This document shows positions 25,452 to 40,586 of a stretch of 64,000 nucleotides of DNA, piece by piece. The position numbers were made by a program, and so were the translations under genes. A model generated the notes under the pieces. That model worked only from the letters and a program-made list of their open reading frames with translations, was not told the origin of the DNA and ran no database searches. Position 1 is the first letter of the stretch, and each line of letters begins with the position of its first letter. This stretch comes from Octopus vulgaris (lineage: Eukaryota): NCBI GenBank assembly GCA_951406725.2, contig OX597821.1, positions 310,001-374,000 on the forward strand, in the 5' to 3' direction.

Positions 25452-25735
25452 CAATTGCAGCGTGAAAGGTGTTTATAAGCCATTTAAAAACACACAAAAA
25501 CCGTTAGATTCACTTCAACATTTAAATTTCATTTGCCAAAATATCTTCCAGCGCTTTGAGACCGTGACCTGTTCACTGACAAAAGAGATGCAGCACAGAA
25601 TTTTGTCCGTGAACAGGTTGTGGTCTCAAAGCGCTGGAAGATATTTTGGCAAATGAAATTTAAATGTTGAAGTGAATCTAATGGTTTTTGTGTATGTTTT
25701 TAAATAGCTTATAAACATCTTCTACACTGCAATTG
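25452..25735. repeat. Long inverted repeat (about 133-bp arms, 16-nt loop)
   Basis: 25504-25563 is the exact reverse complement of 25622-25681; the outer arms have a few mismatches. Confidence 0.95.
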
Positions 25736-26459
25736 CTTATATATATATATATATATCTACTTTATACTTTTGTGTAAGAATAACACACACACATGTAATA
25801 TGTAAATATACATGTGATAAAATTATATATATTTATACACAATTATTTATATGTAATGTTATAATATATACATATATATATATGTATATGTGTGTGTGTG
25901 TATATATTTATTTATTATTAATGACATAAAAATCATTAGTTAGAAATTTCATTATTCTGAAGAAATGGTATTATTCAAGCAAAATAATAACTATGGAGAA
26001 TATATAATTGTTTCAACATCTACTTTTCTATGCTTGCAATGTGTCAGATGGAATTCATTCAGGTAGATTTTCTACAACTTGTTGCCCTTCCTGGTGCCAG
26101 CCTTCACTCGTTTCTAAGCAAAGCGATATCTTTTCATGACAAGACATTTTGTCATGGAATATTGGAAATGAATGACGCTGCTTGTATAACTGACAAAGAA
26201 GCACAAACAAACACGCACACACATGTCTGAGAGGCTGCTTTCTCTATACTGCTTACCAAATCCAATCACAAGGCTTTGGTCAGCCTGAGGCTACAGTAGA
26301 AGACAGTGCTCAAAGTTCCACACAGTGGGACTGAACCTGAAACCATATGGTTTGGAAGCAAATTTTTTAACCATACAGCCATTCTTATATTTACACACAC
26401 ACACACACACATACACACACACATACATACATACATACATATACATACATACACACAAG

Positions 26460-26600
26460 AGTTCCTGGCTTTGGGTAAAAGAAACAAGCAGGAGGATCAG
26501 TTAATTATGATTTTATCCAACATATTCCCCTCCGCTCAGGTTCACACACTTGCTGCAGTGGTCCTTCAGAATTTCTATGTAAAAATACTCTGAAGCTTGA
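26460..26600 (-). mobile_element. Mariner-like transposase C-terminal remnant
   Basis: Minus strand reads ..KDHCSKCVNLSGGEYVG*, resembling the mariner terminal KCI/V...G.YVE* motif. Short and degenerate. Confidence 0.45.
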
Positions 26601-26689
26601 GCCTCCAGCCAGGCCTTTCACGATACCCTTAAAACGAGGAACCTTTCAGTACTCCGTTTGTATATTAATTTTTGCTTTTATGCTATAAT

Positions 26690-26901
26690 CTTTTCTACTG
26701 TTGGCACAAGGCCCGAAATTCTTGAGGAGGGGGCCAGTCGATTAGCTCGACCCCAGTATGCAACTGGCACTTAATTTACTGACCCCAAAAGGATGAAAGG
26801 CAAAGTCAACCTCAACAGAATTTGAACTCAGAGCGTAAAGACAGACAAAATACTGCTAAGCATTTTGCCCGGTGTGCTAACATTTCTGCCAGCTTGCCGT
26901 C
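26690..26901 (-). mobile_element. SINE family B with perfect 18-bp target-site duplication
   Basis: ttgcttttatgctataat at 26672-26689 and 26902-26919. Confidence 0.88.
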
Positions 26902-27124
26902 TTGCTTTTATGCTATAATAAAAACAATTTTACATTAATCAGAAGGGTCACTCTATATTTTGTAGAGTACAAATTTATTATTCTTTAAAAGGAATAGTAT
27001 TGCCAGTGACTTTGAAGTGTTTGCGAGCTAAGCAATCATTAGACTGTGATGCATTTAAGTTTGTCTTGGCTTTATAGAGTCTGTGTTGAGATAACATTTT
27101 TCTTGGGTGTGTTGGTTCTAGTTG

Positions 27125-27234
<110 letters not shown>

Positions 27235-27410
27235 GTGTTTCAGCTGATTTTACTAATTGGTTTCACTGAGTGTGAGCTTTGAGTTTTTCCTTAAACTCTC
27301 ACTTGCTAAAGCAACTGGTGAAACAGATCTATATTAATATACACACTGTATGGACAGATATATGATTGCCTGTTTTCTTAGGACTTATTGATTCTTAGAT
27401 AACCATATAT

Positions 27411-27443
<33 letters not shown>

Positions 27444-27447
27444 TATA

Positions 27448-27767
27448 TATTTATTACACACATGTGAGTGAGAACACTTTGAGATATTTTTGGTATCTAA
27501 CATATGTCAGATACTGCGAGCGCTGCTTCTGATTGGTCAATCCATGGTGATGACCTGAGGTCATGGTGACAGCTCTGCTTCTGATTGGTCAATCCATGGT
27601 GATGACCCGAGGTGACGGTGACGGCACTACTTTTGTCATTCATAAGTTACAACTAAACGTGAAGAATTTAGTTATTGGGTTAATAAAATATGGTCGTTTA
27701 TTCGTGTGTAATAAATAAAATACCAAACTCATTCCCTTTGGATACCGTTTACAAGCCACTCGTTTCA
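27448..27767. mobile_element. MITE-like element with 14-bp inverted repeats and an internal 52-bp tandem duplication
   Basis: tatttattacacac (27448-27461) and gtgtgtaataaata (27704-27717); the unit ctgcttctgattggtcaatccatggtgatgacc.. starts at 27523 and 27575. Confidence 0.55.
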
Positions 27768-27891
27768 TCCGAAAGGATGAAAGGCAAAGTCGACCTCGGT
27801 GGAATTTGAACTCATAACGTAACGCCAGACGAAATACGGCTACGCATTTCGCCCAGCGTGCTAACGTTTCTGCCAGCTCGCCGCCTTATAC

Positions 27892-27922
<31 letters not shown>

Positions 27923-28859
27923 TATATCTGGCTATCTATGTATCATACTTAATCTATATACATCATAGAATGGGAAATTTATTGCAGTATATATCCAAAG
28001 ATAAAATCTCTTATGGATGTGCTGTGTTTAAAAACGCAATATATATAGGTGCAGACATGGCTGTGTGATAAAAAGTTTACCTTCCCAACCCCATAGTTCC
28101 GGGTTCAGTCCCTCTGTGAAGCACCTTGGGTGAGTGTCTTCTATAGCCTTGGGCCAACCAAAACTTTGTGAGTGGATTTGGTAGATGGAAACTGTAAAAA
28201 GCTTGTCGTGTATATAAGTGTGTGTATGTATACATACATACATATATATTTATATATAGCTGTGTGCATTTTGCTGTGTTTGACTTTCACTACTGCTTGA
28301 CAACTTGTGTTGGTGAGTTTACATCCCTATAACTTAGTGGTTTAGCAAAAGAGACTGATAGATTAAGTACCAGTACTGATAGATTAAGTACCAGGTAATT
28401 CTGCCCAAGAATTACATTAAGGTTATGCATGTCTGAAATGCTAACTCCCTTGTGTATATAGAACTTGGTGATCTGATCATTGATCTTCTAGGATTCCTCT
28501 GCTCAGCATCAATATAGGAAGCACCATTGACTCTAGTGGGATCTTATGCTGCCTCTTCACAATCAGCCATGATGCAGTCCATATATTTTTGTAATTTTAA
28601 TGGTTTGGTCAGAGATGGGTTGGCTATACTTACAACTTCCTAGTGTTACTGAGACTATTGAGAGGGTGTTATTACCAAATTTGGAACCTGTCAGCTAAAA
28701 TGCTAGTAATAGAGGGATACTTTACTGAGAGCTCAAGCTGCAGCAGTTGCTTTCATTTGTGATCCGTAGTTATATCCAACAAATCTGCAACTTTCCAAGC
28801 AGTTGGCATTATTAAACATGTGTCATATTCCAGGACTATACATGCATACATACATGCAT

Positions 28860-29273
28860 ACATGGTCATGAACTAGAAGTTGCGGAAGCGGAAAACCCAA
28901 GAAGACATGGGACAAAGTATTGAAGGCTGATCTCAAGACACTGAGCCTTATGAAGGAGATGACTAAGGGCCAAGATATCTGGTGCATTGCTGTACTCAAG
29001 GAGACCCATTCACCACTGCAGAATTGATACTGGTGCTGGTGTCACATAAGAAGTACTTGTGGGGATGTCACATTAAAAGTATTAGTCTTGGTGTCACATA
29101 AAAAGCACCCAGCACACTCTGTGGGGTGGTTGGCATTAGAAAGGGTATCCAGCCATAGAAACTGAACCAAAGCAGACAATGGAGCCTGATGCAGCCCCTG
29201 ACCATACCAGCTTCAGTCAAAGCATCCAACCCATGCCACCAGGGAAAATAGACGTTAAATAATGATGATGATG
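28860..29273 (+). mobile_element. RTE-clade LINE 3' end, diverged
   Basis: SCGSGKPKKTWDKVLKADLKTLSL plus the same 3' UTR and GAT tail. Confidence 0.75.
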
Positions 29274-29277
29274 TATA

Positions 29278-29612
29278 AAAGGGTAAAGATCCCCTTCAGT
29301 CATAAATGACCATGGAATTGGACCTAGAAAGTTACCCTCCGAGGCACAAGTCCAAGCAAGGGCGTTTATGGAAGACCAGCAGTCACCCATGCATACCAGT
29401 CTCCACTCCTCATGCCACTGAGGTTATCCAAGGGAAAGACAAAGGCCGATATAGCTTGGCAGCTGTGATGTTGCAACTCATTTCTACAGCTGAGTGAACT
29501 GGAGCAACATGAAATAAAGTGTCTTGCTCAAGAACACAAGGCAGAGCCCAGTCCTGGAGTCAAACTCCCTACCTCATGATTGTGAGTCCAACACTCTAAC
29601 CACTGAACCATA
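29278..29612 (-). mobile_element. tRNA-derived SINE family C (Meta-domain-like centre); related copies at about 21975-22260, 31580-31705, 32405-32735, 39780-40010, 43060-43285, 54300-54490, 62850-62995
   Basis: Reverse complement has a tRNA-like head tggttcagtggttagagtgttggactcacaatc and the central tgtgttcttgagcaagacactttatttca..ctccagttcactcagctgtagaaatgag shared by all copies. Confidence 0.75.
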
Positions 29613-29835
29613 TCCATGATGTGCTTTTGCCATTGGACTTTTTGATCAGATCTAACTCCAGGGCAAAGAAGACACTAAGCAATAACCTGAACATAGAGAG
29701 AGACAAGGGCGGGGGCTGAAAGGACAAGAATCTTTCAACTCAGGTAGTTCACCTTTTTGCTGTCTCTTCACTGAATTTCAATAGAATTGTTTGTAGCTTT
29801 GTGTCAAAGATCGATACATAGCATTGATTTATAGA

Positions 29836-29882
<47 letters not shown>

Positions 29883-29891
29883 CATATATAC

Positions 29892-29958
<67 letters not shown>

Positions 29959-29985
29959 TATACATATATATATATACATATATAT

Positions 29986-30020
<35 letters not shown>

Positions 30021-30621
30021 CACATATATATATATATACATACATCTATGTATGTGTGTATGTATATATATGTGTAAGTGTGTTATCAATACCCATTGAT
30101 AAAAACTTATTTCCAATATACACACAAATAAAAAATAAATAAAATACACCTATATAAAGATCATTATACAATGTCATTATGGAGATAACGACAACAACAA
30201 GTAAACAATACACATTGTTTTTTATTTGTTTTGTCTGTTGAGTTTTCTCTTTGTTTAGACAAATAATTGCATGTCTGTCTGTATGTCTGTTTCTCTGTTT
30301 GTGTGTGTTTTAAGACAAACAAACAAACAAACAAACAAATAAAAAAACACCCCAGAAAAACAAAAAGAAAGAAAAAATCTATTTTCAATTATTTTTTTCC
30401 CTGATAATTGTTTGTTTGTGTGATTTCGTAGGGTAATAAGGACTTGTTTAGAAATATACAGAATTGGAAAGTGTTATGGTTCTATGTTACCATTGTTCCT
30501 TCTACTGTTTTAACTCAATGTAAATTCTACATTGTTTTGTATTTCGTCCTGGTCTCCAACACCTTTTGGGCCCACATGGCCAATAAAAGAAATCAATAGC
30601 TCATTATTATTATCATTGTTG

Positions 30622-30664
<43 letters not shown>

Positions 30665-30814
30665 CATTGTTCTTCTTCTTCTTCTTATTATTATTATTAT
30701 ATTCATTAATTATTATTGTTGATCATTAAGAAAGTTGGTAGTGTGTGTGTGTGTTTTTTTTAAAGTTTTGTATGTGAAATACAAGTGTTCAGATAAATAA
30801 AATATCATATTCTG

Positions 30815-30847
<33 letters not shown>

Positions 30848-31859
30848 CATACATATATACACACACACAATATATATACACACACACACATATATGTATA
30901 TGCATATACACACACGTGTATATATATATATGTAAACAGGCATACACATATACACACATGGGTATTGATGGATATACCAATAAAGGAAGGAAATAAATTA
31001 CAAGAACTTATAATGATTGTTTAAATAATTATTTAAATACAATGTCTTATATGTGGGAGGTCTAATTGCTTAATATTGGAGAATATTCAAATGTAAGATA
31101 TTATTTCTTGTTTTGCTCTAAAACCATTTTTTAAAACTAAATTCCTCAAAAGAAAGAACTTATGTGTCAAAGAATTGAAGAATCTGTATTTCAGTCCTGT
31201 AGGGTTGGTTCTTGTTCAGTTTCTGGGTGGATTAGAACCCAGCATACATTTACAACCAGGCTGTTTATATATGAGGTAAGATAGTGCCAGCATATTGGGG
31301 TGGGGGTGAGCAGGGTGTAGGCATGGCAACGTGGTTAAGGTGTTTGCTTGCCAATCATTTAGTTCAGGTTCAGTCTCACCTTGGGCAAATGACTTCTACC
31401 AAAAGCATGTGAGGATTTGGTAAGTGGCACTCCATCGGTTATATTGACAAAGGTTCCAGTTGATTTGATCAACAGAATAGCCTGCTTGTGAAATTAACGT
31501 TCAAGTGGCTGAGCACTCCACAGGCATGCATACCCTTAATGTATACCCCCTTGAATTACAAGTACTACTCCTTTTGGGGAGCTGAGTGGACTGGAGCAAC
31601 ATGAAGTAAAATGTCTTGCTCAAGGACACAGCCTGCCATCAGGGATTGAACTCATGACCTTACAATTGTGAGCTGAATGCCCTCACCACTAAGTCACATG
31701 CCTTGATGAGCATTTGGTAGAGAGAAGCTAAAAGCCATGTGTATTGTCATCTTTTAATGTCCATGATCCATGCTGGCATGTGTTGGACAGACTGACAGGA
31801 TTCAACATGTCCTAAGACATACACATACAGCTATCTAACCATACACACATACAATTGTT

Positions 31860-32225
31860 TTCCCAACCACATGGTTTTGGGTTCAGTTCTAGTGTATGGC
31901 ACCTAGGGAAAATGTCTTCTACTGTAGCCTCAGGTTGACCAAAGCCTTATGAGTGGATTTGGTAGATGGAACCTGAAAGAAGCCCATTGTGTGTGTGAGC
32001 GTGTCTCTCTGTCTGTGTTTGTCACCCACACCCACTGCTAGACAACTGGTGTTGGTGTGTTCACATCCCCATAACTTAGTGGTTTGGCAAGAGAGACTGA
32101 CAGAATAAGAACCAGGTTTAAAAAGAGAAAAAGTACTGTGGAGGGGGGGGCAATTCATTCGCCTAAAAATACTTCAAGGTGGTACCCCAGCATGGTCACA
32201 GTCTAATGACCAAAACAAATAATAG
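31860..32225 (+). mobile_element. SINE family A copy (another + copy at about 28047-28395)
   Basis: ccacatggttttgggttcagtt..gtggatttggtagatggaa..ataacttagtggtttggc..ccagcatggtcacagtctaatgac. Confidence 0.78.
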
Positions 32226-32759
32226 ATAATATATATATATATATGGTTGTGTCTGGGGAGAGTCATTCTTTTTTAGTGCCTTATTATTTAACACACTCAC
32301 TGGTTTAGTTTCCACTCATTTATTTTTTCTAAAATTTTCGTTGCATTTTGCAAACCAAATCCAAAAACGATATATATATATATGTATGTATGTGTGTGTG
32401 TGTGTGAAGATGCATGGCTTAGTGGTTGGGCTACTTGGCTCTCAATCAGAAGGTCCTGAGTTCAATACTTAGAGGTGCATTGCATCCTTGAGCAAGACAC
32501 TTTATTTCACATTACTCCAGTCCACTCAGCTGGCAAAAATGAGTTGTACCTGTATTTCAAAGGGGCCGGCCTTGTCCCCTTCTGTGCCCTGCTGAATCTC
32601 CCTGAAAACTACATTAAGATTACTACACATGTCTGTGGAGTACTCAGCCACTTGCAGGTTAATTTCCAGAGCAGGATGTTCTGTTGATTGGATCAACTGG
32701 AATACTCATTGTCATAACTGCTAGAGTGCCAGCTTATATATATATATATATATATATAT

Positions 32760-33140
32760 CATCATCATCATCATTTGACACCCGTTGTCTATGCTGGCAT
32801 GGGTTGGACGGTTTTACCAGGGCTGGCATGCTGGAAGGCTGTACCAGACTCCAGTCTGATCTGGCACGGTTTCTATTGCTGGATGCCTTTCCTAATACCA
32901 ACCACTCCGAGAGTGTAATGGATGGTTTTACATGTCACTGGCACAGGTGCCATTTGCATGACATCAATATCTGCCATGACTGCGGTTTTACTTGGCTTGA
33001 TGGCTCTTCTTCTCAAGCATGGCATAATGCCAAAGATCTCAGTCATTCGTCATTGCTTCCATGAGGCCCCACACTCAAAAGGTGCTTTACATGTGCCACA
33101 AGCATCAGCCACTTTACCTTCATGAGGCCCAACACTCAAA
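32760..33140 (-). mobile_element. RTE 3' UTR-type repeat copy (others at about 1-325, 13620-13850, 14520-14735, 17250-17383, 35760-35940, 50175-50335, 51260-51520, 63440-63650)
   Basis: Shared catcatcat..catgctggcatgggttggacgg..ctggatgcccttcctaa..ccaaccactc motifs with the 12700-13308 element. Confidence 0.75.
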
Positions 33141-34357
33141 TACACACACACACACACACACACCATGATAAAAATATTTTCTCTCTTGAGCAATCTTGAA
33201 CTAAATAATATTAAATTGAATATCTTGCACCAGCATATTTTAATGAATGTTAAACTAATAATTAAACTCTATATTTATTAGAACTTTTACGAATGCATGC
33301 TGATTAATGAGTTACTATATAATTGAAAACTAAATAAAAGTTAGCACAAATAAAAAATATATTTCAGTTAATATTAAATTAAAAATGGAATTTTTTTAAT
33401 GAACAAACTACAAAACTAAATAAAATATAGAATTAACACCACAAATTAATTAAAAACGAAAAAATTAATAAACTCTGAATTAAGAAGAAACAGAAAATTT
33501 AAATAGTTAAATGTATTTTTCATAGAAATACTATTAATAAATTTAATAAACAAATATGCTGGTAAATTTAAATATAGTTTAAATTAAATCTTAATATTTA
33601 AATGAGCAAATATATAAATAATATAAATGTTATATGACGTAAAACTAATTAATATATAATAAATTTTGTTTTTATTCTATAATATTGATAGAAATGATAT
33701 TCCTAAAATTTTGTTTTGCATTTTTGAATGCTTTAAAATAGTTTTAGTAACATTTATATAAGTACATTTCATGTTATATCTTTATCTTTTATTTCAGTCG
33801 TTGGCCATGCTGGAGCAGTAATTTTGTCTTAATAATCAGGTGCTTATGTTATCAGTCTCTTTAGCAGAACCATTAAGTTACAGGAATATAAACAAACCAA
33901 CACTGGCTGGATGAACACAGCACAAAGACACATGCATGCACACACACAATGAGCTTTTTTTCAGTTTCTATCTACTAAATCTGTTCACAGGGCTTTGATT
34001 TACCCGGGGCTACAGTAGAAGACACGCCCAAGATGATGCATAGTGGGACTGGACCCAAGGCTACAAAGCCATGCTTGCATTTAAAATAAATATTTTCTCA
34101 AATAATTTCTGAATTATTTTCCATATATATCATGTATTTTAATAATACTTATTAAAAATCTACTATTTGTACATCACACTATATTTTCAACATAAATTCA
34201 TATATTTACTATATTTTGATAATGATTTAATAAATGAATACCTAATACATTTGATTTTACTTTAAACTATTTCTGGTGTATATCTATAATTTGCTATGTA
34301 TGACATAGATATAACTCATCTTCATCTGATATTTATTTGAAAGTATGTAGTTTAAAA

Positions 34358-34393
<36 letters not shown>

Positions 34394-35365
34394 TATGGTT
34401 TAAGAAGAACATCAAGAGTTTCCTTTCTACAAAATGATTTAGTTACAGGTTGGAAAACATACACAAGTTTCTTATATGAGAATCTCTGAGCAATATTTCA
34501 TAGTATTAGTACATTCAAGAACAAACACACACACACCCACACACACATTCACATATGTATAAACATCTATGTTTATCCTTACAGCTTATCCTTTTTCCAA
34601 GTTGGACAAGTCAGATTTCAGGCATTACAGAAAATGACAAAAAGACAGAGTTGAGTGAATACGAAGCTGTTATAGATCCATCCAAACCATCATGAAAGAA
34701 CGGAAATTCAAACATTGTTCCTTAATCCAAGATGAACTTTAATTTTGCAAAAACTATGATAAAAGACATTCCAGCTGTGTCTATTCTATCGTTTTGCTTA
34801 TCTGTGGTAACACTTGAGAGAAATTTAGCTGCTAATGGCGGGTCTTGCAAATGTACAGAGGCTTTGTTGTTAGTTATAGAGATGCAAATGTTGATAGCAA
34901 CAATGATGATCATTATTACCCATAGTAATAATAGTAGCAGTTGTAGTTGTAGCAGCAGCAGCAGCAGTATTTTATTGTAATTCCATCAAAATTGTATTTT
35001 GCTTAGCAATAAAACGGAACTATTATTTAATAACCATTATAAAGTAGTCAGTGAATTCTCTTAATAATGGGAAAGCAAATAATTGAATAATTAGAAATAA
35101 ATGAAGAACAAAAAGTACAATAAAACTAAGGAAACAATTTAAATAGTATTGTATATGACTCAGATAATACGATAATGGTTGAAAATAGGAATTCTTATAT
35201 ATATATATATATACACTCACAACACACGCATGTATAACGTATACCCTATATAAATATACATACATATACACATGTGTCAATATCTATCTATCTATCTATC
35301 TATCTACCTCTCTATCTATATGCACATATATCAGTATCTGTCTGTTATATATATATACATATACA

Positions 35366-35414
<49 letters not shown>

Positions 35415-36285
35415 TAAATGAAAAATACACTTTAAGAACAGGACATCCATCACCAATGAATGAAAAATGCATAAACACATGAGAGATAAGTACGGGACAA
35501 AATAGCAAAAGAAACCTAACCCCCCTCAATTGTTGACTGTGATATTACTCCATGTTTTGTGCTTTTAATGACAAGACAGGAAAACTTCATAAGACAGTAG
35601 CATCCAGAAATTTAAAAAATAGAAAATTTGTGGAGGGTTAGGGCTTCAAACAAACAAATGACACCAGAGTGGACGTACAGAATTAAACAATCAACAAAGA
35701 CAGATATTTAGGGTTGTTAGGCCAAGATGATGTAAAAACACATACAAATGCATGCATACATCATCATCTGGTTGCTATGCTGACATGGGTTGGATGAAGA
35801 GAAAGAATTCAGATGAAGCAGAGGATCATCTACTGTAATGTCTCACTGCAGTCATGGTTTCTATGGTTGAATGTCCATTGTAATGCCAACCACTTTACAA
35901 AGCATACTGGGTGCTCTTTTCATGGCACCAGCACTAGCAGATAAATGTAAGAAGACTTCTGAACATACCAGCTTTTAGAGCCTAGTTTGAGGCAGGTATT
36001 GTGATTAAACCACAAGTTTATCACTCTACAGTCAGCAAAGATAAAGATCAATCTGGTGAAATTCAATATCTTTTATTTATTCATTGCAAGTCTACCTTAC
36101 ACATGTGTTTAGCCAAAATATTGTGCGGTACATCAACTGATTAATATGTGCATACATGAGTGCGAAGGCTTAAATGATATCATCTGGTTAATCTACCTTT
36201 CCCTATATCTGTGATATCATGTTTTGTGTGAACTTATGAATCAAATTTGTTCCAAGACATTTGAATCACAAAAAGATATTCTGAT

Positions 36286-36317
<32 letters not shown>

Positions 36318-37136
36318 AAGAGTGTATTTACATATTCAAAATCTACAGTCTCAGAAGGGCTATTGAAATAGTGAAAGCATTTTTTTTTCTGGCTTCTATA
36401 ACATTAAATCTGCATAATATAACTATTCACTAAATGGTTCTCATCTAACCTTACTGAGTCCTTTTTGGATTTCTGGTTTCTTTGATCACTGGTTCCAAAA
36501 ATTACAAACACACACACACACACACACACAAGCATTTCTGTATACAATTCTGTATATGAATATATAAAGACATACATCTCTATATATAAATCTACACATG
36601 TGGACATACATCTCTATATAAATCTACACATGTGGACAGATACATCGAAATACATACTTATGCGTTATGAACTTCATTATCTTGCAGCTGTTTCCACTAT
36701 CAGATATGGTGCGATCATTGTTTAGTGCCTCAGTAACACCTTATAGCTTCATCAGAGCCTCAAACATGAAGTGTAATTTGTTTGGTAAGGTAATGAAGTT
36801 CATGAGATAATCCTTTATTCCTTTGTCATCTCTTTTTTCTTGTCAAAGCTCTGTACTCAATGCTTCACACAGAAGCATATATATACTGAATACTACACCT
36901 GGTTATTAGTTCCATAATGCTTAAGCAAAACATATATACGCACATACATACATGCACACACATTTTAATATTTACATACACACATGTATATGTATAGATA
37001 CAAATTTACACACATGAAACCATATGTAGGCTCACAAAGTTACGTACAATTAACCAATTCTGAGTGAATGTAACTTAACCATTATCATAAATATTCAACA
37101 GTGCCACTGAAATCAATATAAAGTGAGTGTGTGTGT

Positions 37137-37188
<52 letters not shown>

Positions 37189-37539
37189 GTATGTATGTAT
37201 GCACACACATGTACATATACCTAAAGTGTATATATATATACTTACTGAAATCAAAATTATGTGTGCGTGCATGTATTTTATGTATATATGTGTGTGTGTA
37301 TACATGTATATCTACATCTACGCATATATACACATAAGTACATATATGTTTATCATATGTATATATATACATTTTATATATATATATACATACATGTTAT
37401 AAATACACATATATGCACATGTGTGTGTGTATATATATATATGCATACACACACAGATAGATACACATATGCTTTCGTATGTATGTGTATAAATATATAT
37501 ATACATGCATCCACACAGATAAATACACATGTGCTTTCA

Positions 37540-37786
37540 TGTGTGTGTGTATATATATATATAATATATGAACATATATATATATGTGTGTGTATATATA
37601 TATATATATATGTGTGTGCGTGTGTATATATATATATGTATATATATATATGTATGTATATATATGTATATATATGTATATATATATGTATATATATATG
37701 TATATATATATATGTATATATATGTATATATATATATGTATGTATATATATATATGTATATATATATATGTGTATATATATATATG

Positions 37787-37817
<31 letters not shown>

Positions 37818-37834
37818 GTATATATATATGTATG

Positions 37835-37913
<79 letters not shown>

Positions 37914-37925
37914 GTATATATATAA

Positions 37926-38014
<89 letters not shown>

Positions 38015-38032
38015 TGTGTATATATATATATA

Positions 38033-38072
<40 letters not shown>
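37540..38072. repeat. Long interrupted (TA)n/(TG)n microsatellite
   Basis: Direct reading; source of spurious YIYI ORFs. Confidence 0.95.
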
Positions 38073-38075
<3 letters not shown>

Positions 38076-38323
38076 TTTCTAGTTTCAGCTCAGAGGTGCG
38101 GCCATGCTGATGCACCGCCGTTTTGTGCTACACTGTTATTACGAAGAACCTCGTCTGATATGTGGCACTTGGTGAAGAATGGAGTTTGATACAGCTACTC
38201 TCATTTGCACCTCCTGCTGTGAGGCAGGTTCATCTGGGACTCCTGACAGGAAGATGTCCAGCTTTGATTTAAAAACTGCTACATCTACTTTGTGCAAGTT
38301 CCTCAGACTCTTTGGGAGAATAT
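38071..38323 (-). mobile_element. 3' fragment of the same CR1-type LINE family
   Basis: [39 protein letters not shown] parallels 23046-23309; same 3' tail cagcatggccgca..gagctgaaactagaaaa. Confidence 0.85.
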
Positions 38324-38332
38324 TAATATATA

Positions 38333-38531
<199 letters not shown>

Positions 38532-39163
38532 GTGCGTGTGTGTGCACGTGTGTGCATATATATATGTACACCCACACACATACATACACAGAAGAAACGT
38601 GTATCACCAATGTAGTTAGGATTCCCTTTTCATCTCTCGACCAATCAATAAAAACCGTTCATTAGAAGTTCAATAAATTAACAGACAGACCGAGAAAAAC
38701 AAGATGACAGAATTGTCTATTCTGAAATATTCAAGTCTTTGATGTCAACAGTCATTTCGATGCCATTCTGTCAGCTTACCAATTCTAATAGGTTTTTAGC
38801 TTATTAACAAATGGAGGTTAAAGGTGATATTCTCAAAAGACTTCTGATTTGACCCTGTTATCGAGTCTCTTTCTACATGGTCTTATAAATACATACACAC
38901 ACCTACACACACGTATACACAGATATTAAATATTTGGTTTGCCTACATAACATAGTCTATTCTCCTGTCTTCAATCACTGGACTTTGGTCATGCTGGAGC
39001 ATCATCTATTAAGTTTGTTTTTTTTAGTTGATCATGGTTGAGCCTCATGCCTTGGTTTTATCTATATTTGTGGGTCAACCAAGTTGGCTTTTCTGGATAA
39101 AATAGGATGCATTTTTGGCATACTGGTCTATACAAATGTATCATGTACGCACCTATAAATGCA

Positions 39164-39207
<44 letters not shown>

Positions 39208-39413
39208 TTCTTTTATTTGTTTCAGTCATTTGACTGCAGCTATGGTGGAGCACTGCCTTTAGTTGAGCAAATCGACCTCAGGACTTATTCTTTGTAAACC
39301 TAGTACTTATTCTATTGGTATCTTTTGCCAAACCACTAAATTATGGGGACGTAAACACACCAAAATCTGTTGTCAAGCGATGGTTGTGGTGGGGGGACAA
39401 AAACAGACACAAA

Positions 39414-39455
<42 letters not shown>

Positions 39456-39625
39456 TAAAATTGTCTTTTTTCGGTTTCTGTCTACCAAATCCACTCACAT
39501 GATTTGGGCTTTGATCAGCCTGAGGCTATAGTAGAAGACACTTGTCCAAGGTGCCATGCAATGGGACTGAGTCCCAGAACCATGTGGTTTGTAAGCAAGC
39601 CACTTACCACACAGCTACTCCTGCA

Positions 39626-39630
<5 letters not shown>
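39208..39630 (-). mobile_element. SINE family A copy
   Basis: Full set of family A motifs in reverse orientation. Confidence 0.85.
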
Positions 39631-39669
<39 letters not shown>

Positions 39670-40586
39670 CACGCATACATACATACATACATACATGCTG
39701 TTATATACATATGTATGCACACACATATATATATACATAAATATGCATACATATATATACATACATACACACATGTATGGTGGTGGGATATGGCTTAGTG
39801 GTTAGGGTGTTGGATTCATGATTGTAAGGTTGTGGTTTTGATTCCTGGACTGTCCGATGCATTGTGTCCTTGAGCAAAACACTTCATTTCATGTTCCTCC
39901 AGTTCCCTCAGTTGGAAAAATGAGTTAATCCTGTGGGAAACTGGCATCCCATCCAGGTGTCATGGAAACTGGGAAACTGGCTCTTATGAGTCACCATGAC
40001 TCAAAAAGGAACTCTACTATACTTCTTTGTGTGTGTGTGTGTGTGAGTGTGTGTACACAGCCGCACACACATTGTTGTAGGATCATGGTTTCGATTCCCA
40101 GACCAGGCATTGTGAGTGTTTATTGAGCGAAAACACCTAAAGCTCCACGAGGCTCCGGCAGGGGTTGGTGGTGATCCCTACTTGTACTCTTTCACCACAA
40201 CTTTCTCTCACTCTTTCTTCTGTTGGCCTGCTTTGCTTAGCCAGTGGGGTGGCGTCATTTGAAGGCTAAAACAATGCGAAGCACATTGTGACCAGCGATG
40301 TGTAGCAACATCTGATAGCTTGGTTGGTCATGTGATCACATGATATCTATATTTAAAATTAATAGAGAAGATGGAGTGTACCAAAAAAGCAATTTATTAT
40401 TATAACTGTTTTGTCTCCATGATGCACTGCTCCCTAGTGGATGTGGAACAGTGCACCACACAGTGCAAAGAAAACTCCTCAGGTGTCATAATATGCATTT
40501 AAGTACAGTGATTTACATCTGAGTTTTGCTGCATTGAGAGATTCTATCAATTTAGGTGGATATGTTCACAATATATATATATATAT

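Noticed and set aside
33170-33770. Extremely AT-rich island as an organellar insertion
   Set aside because: No recognisable mitochondrial gene, tRNA or rRNA motif by eye; a BLAST against the mitogenome would settle it.
37261-38115. Long ORFs rich in YI/CV/HT (and most other ORFs in the track)
   Set aside because: Translations of (TA)n, (TG)n and (CA)n microsatellites, which lack stop codons.
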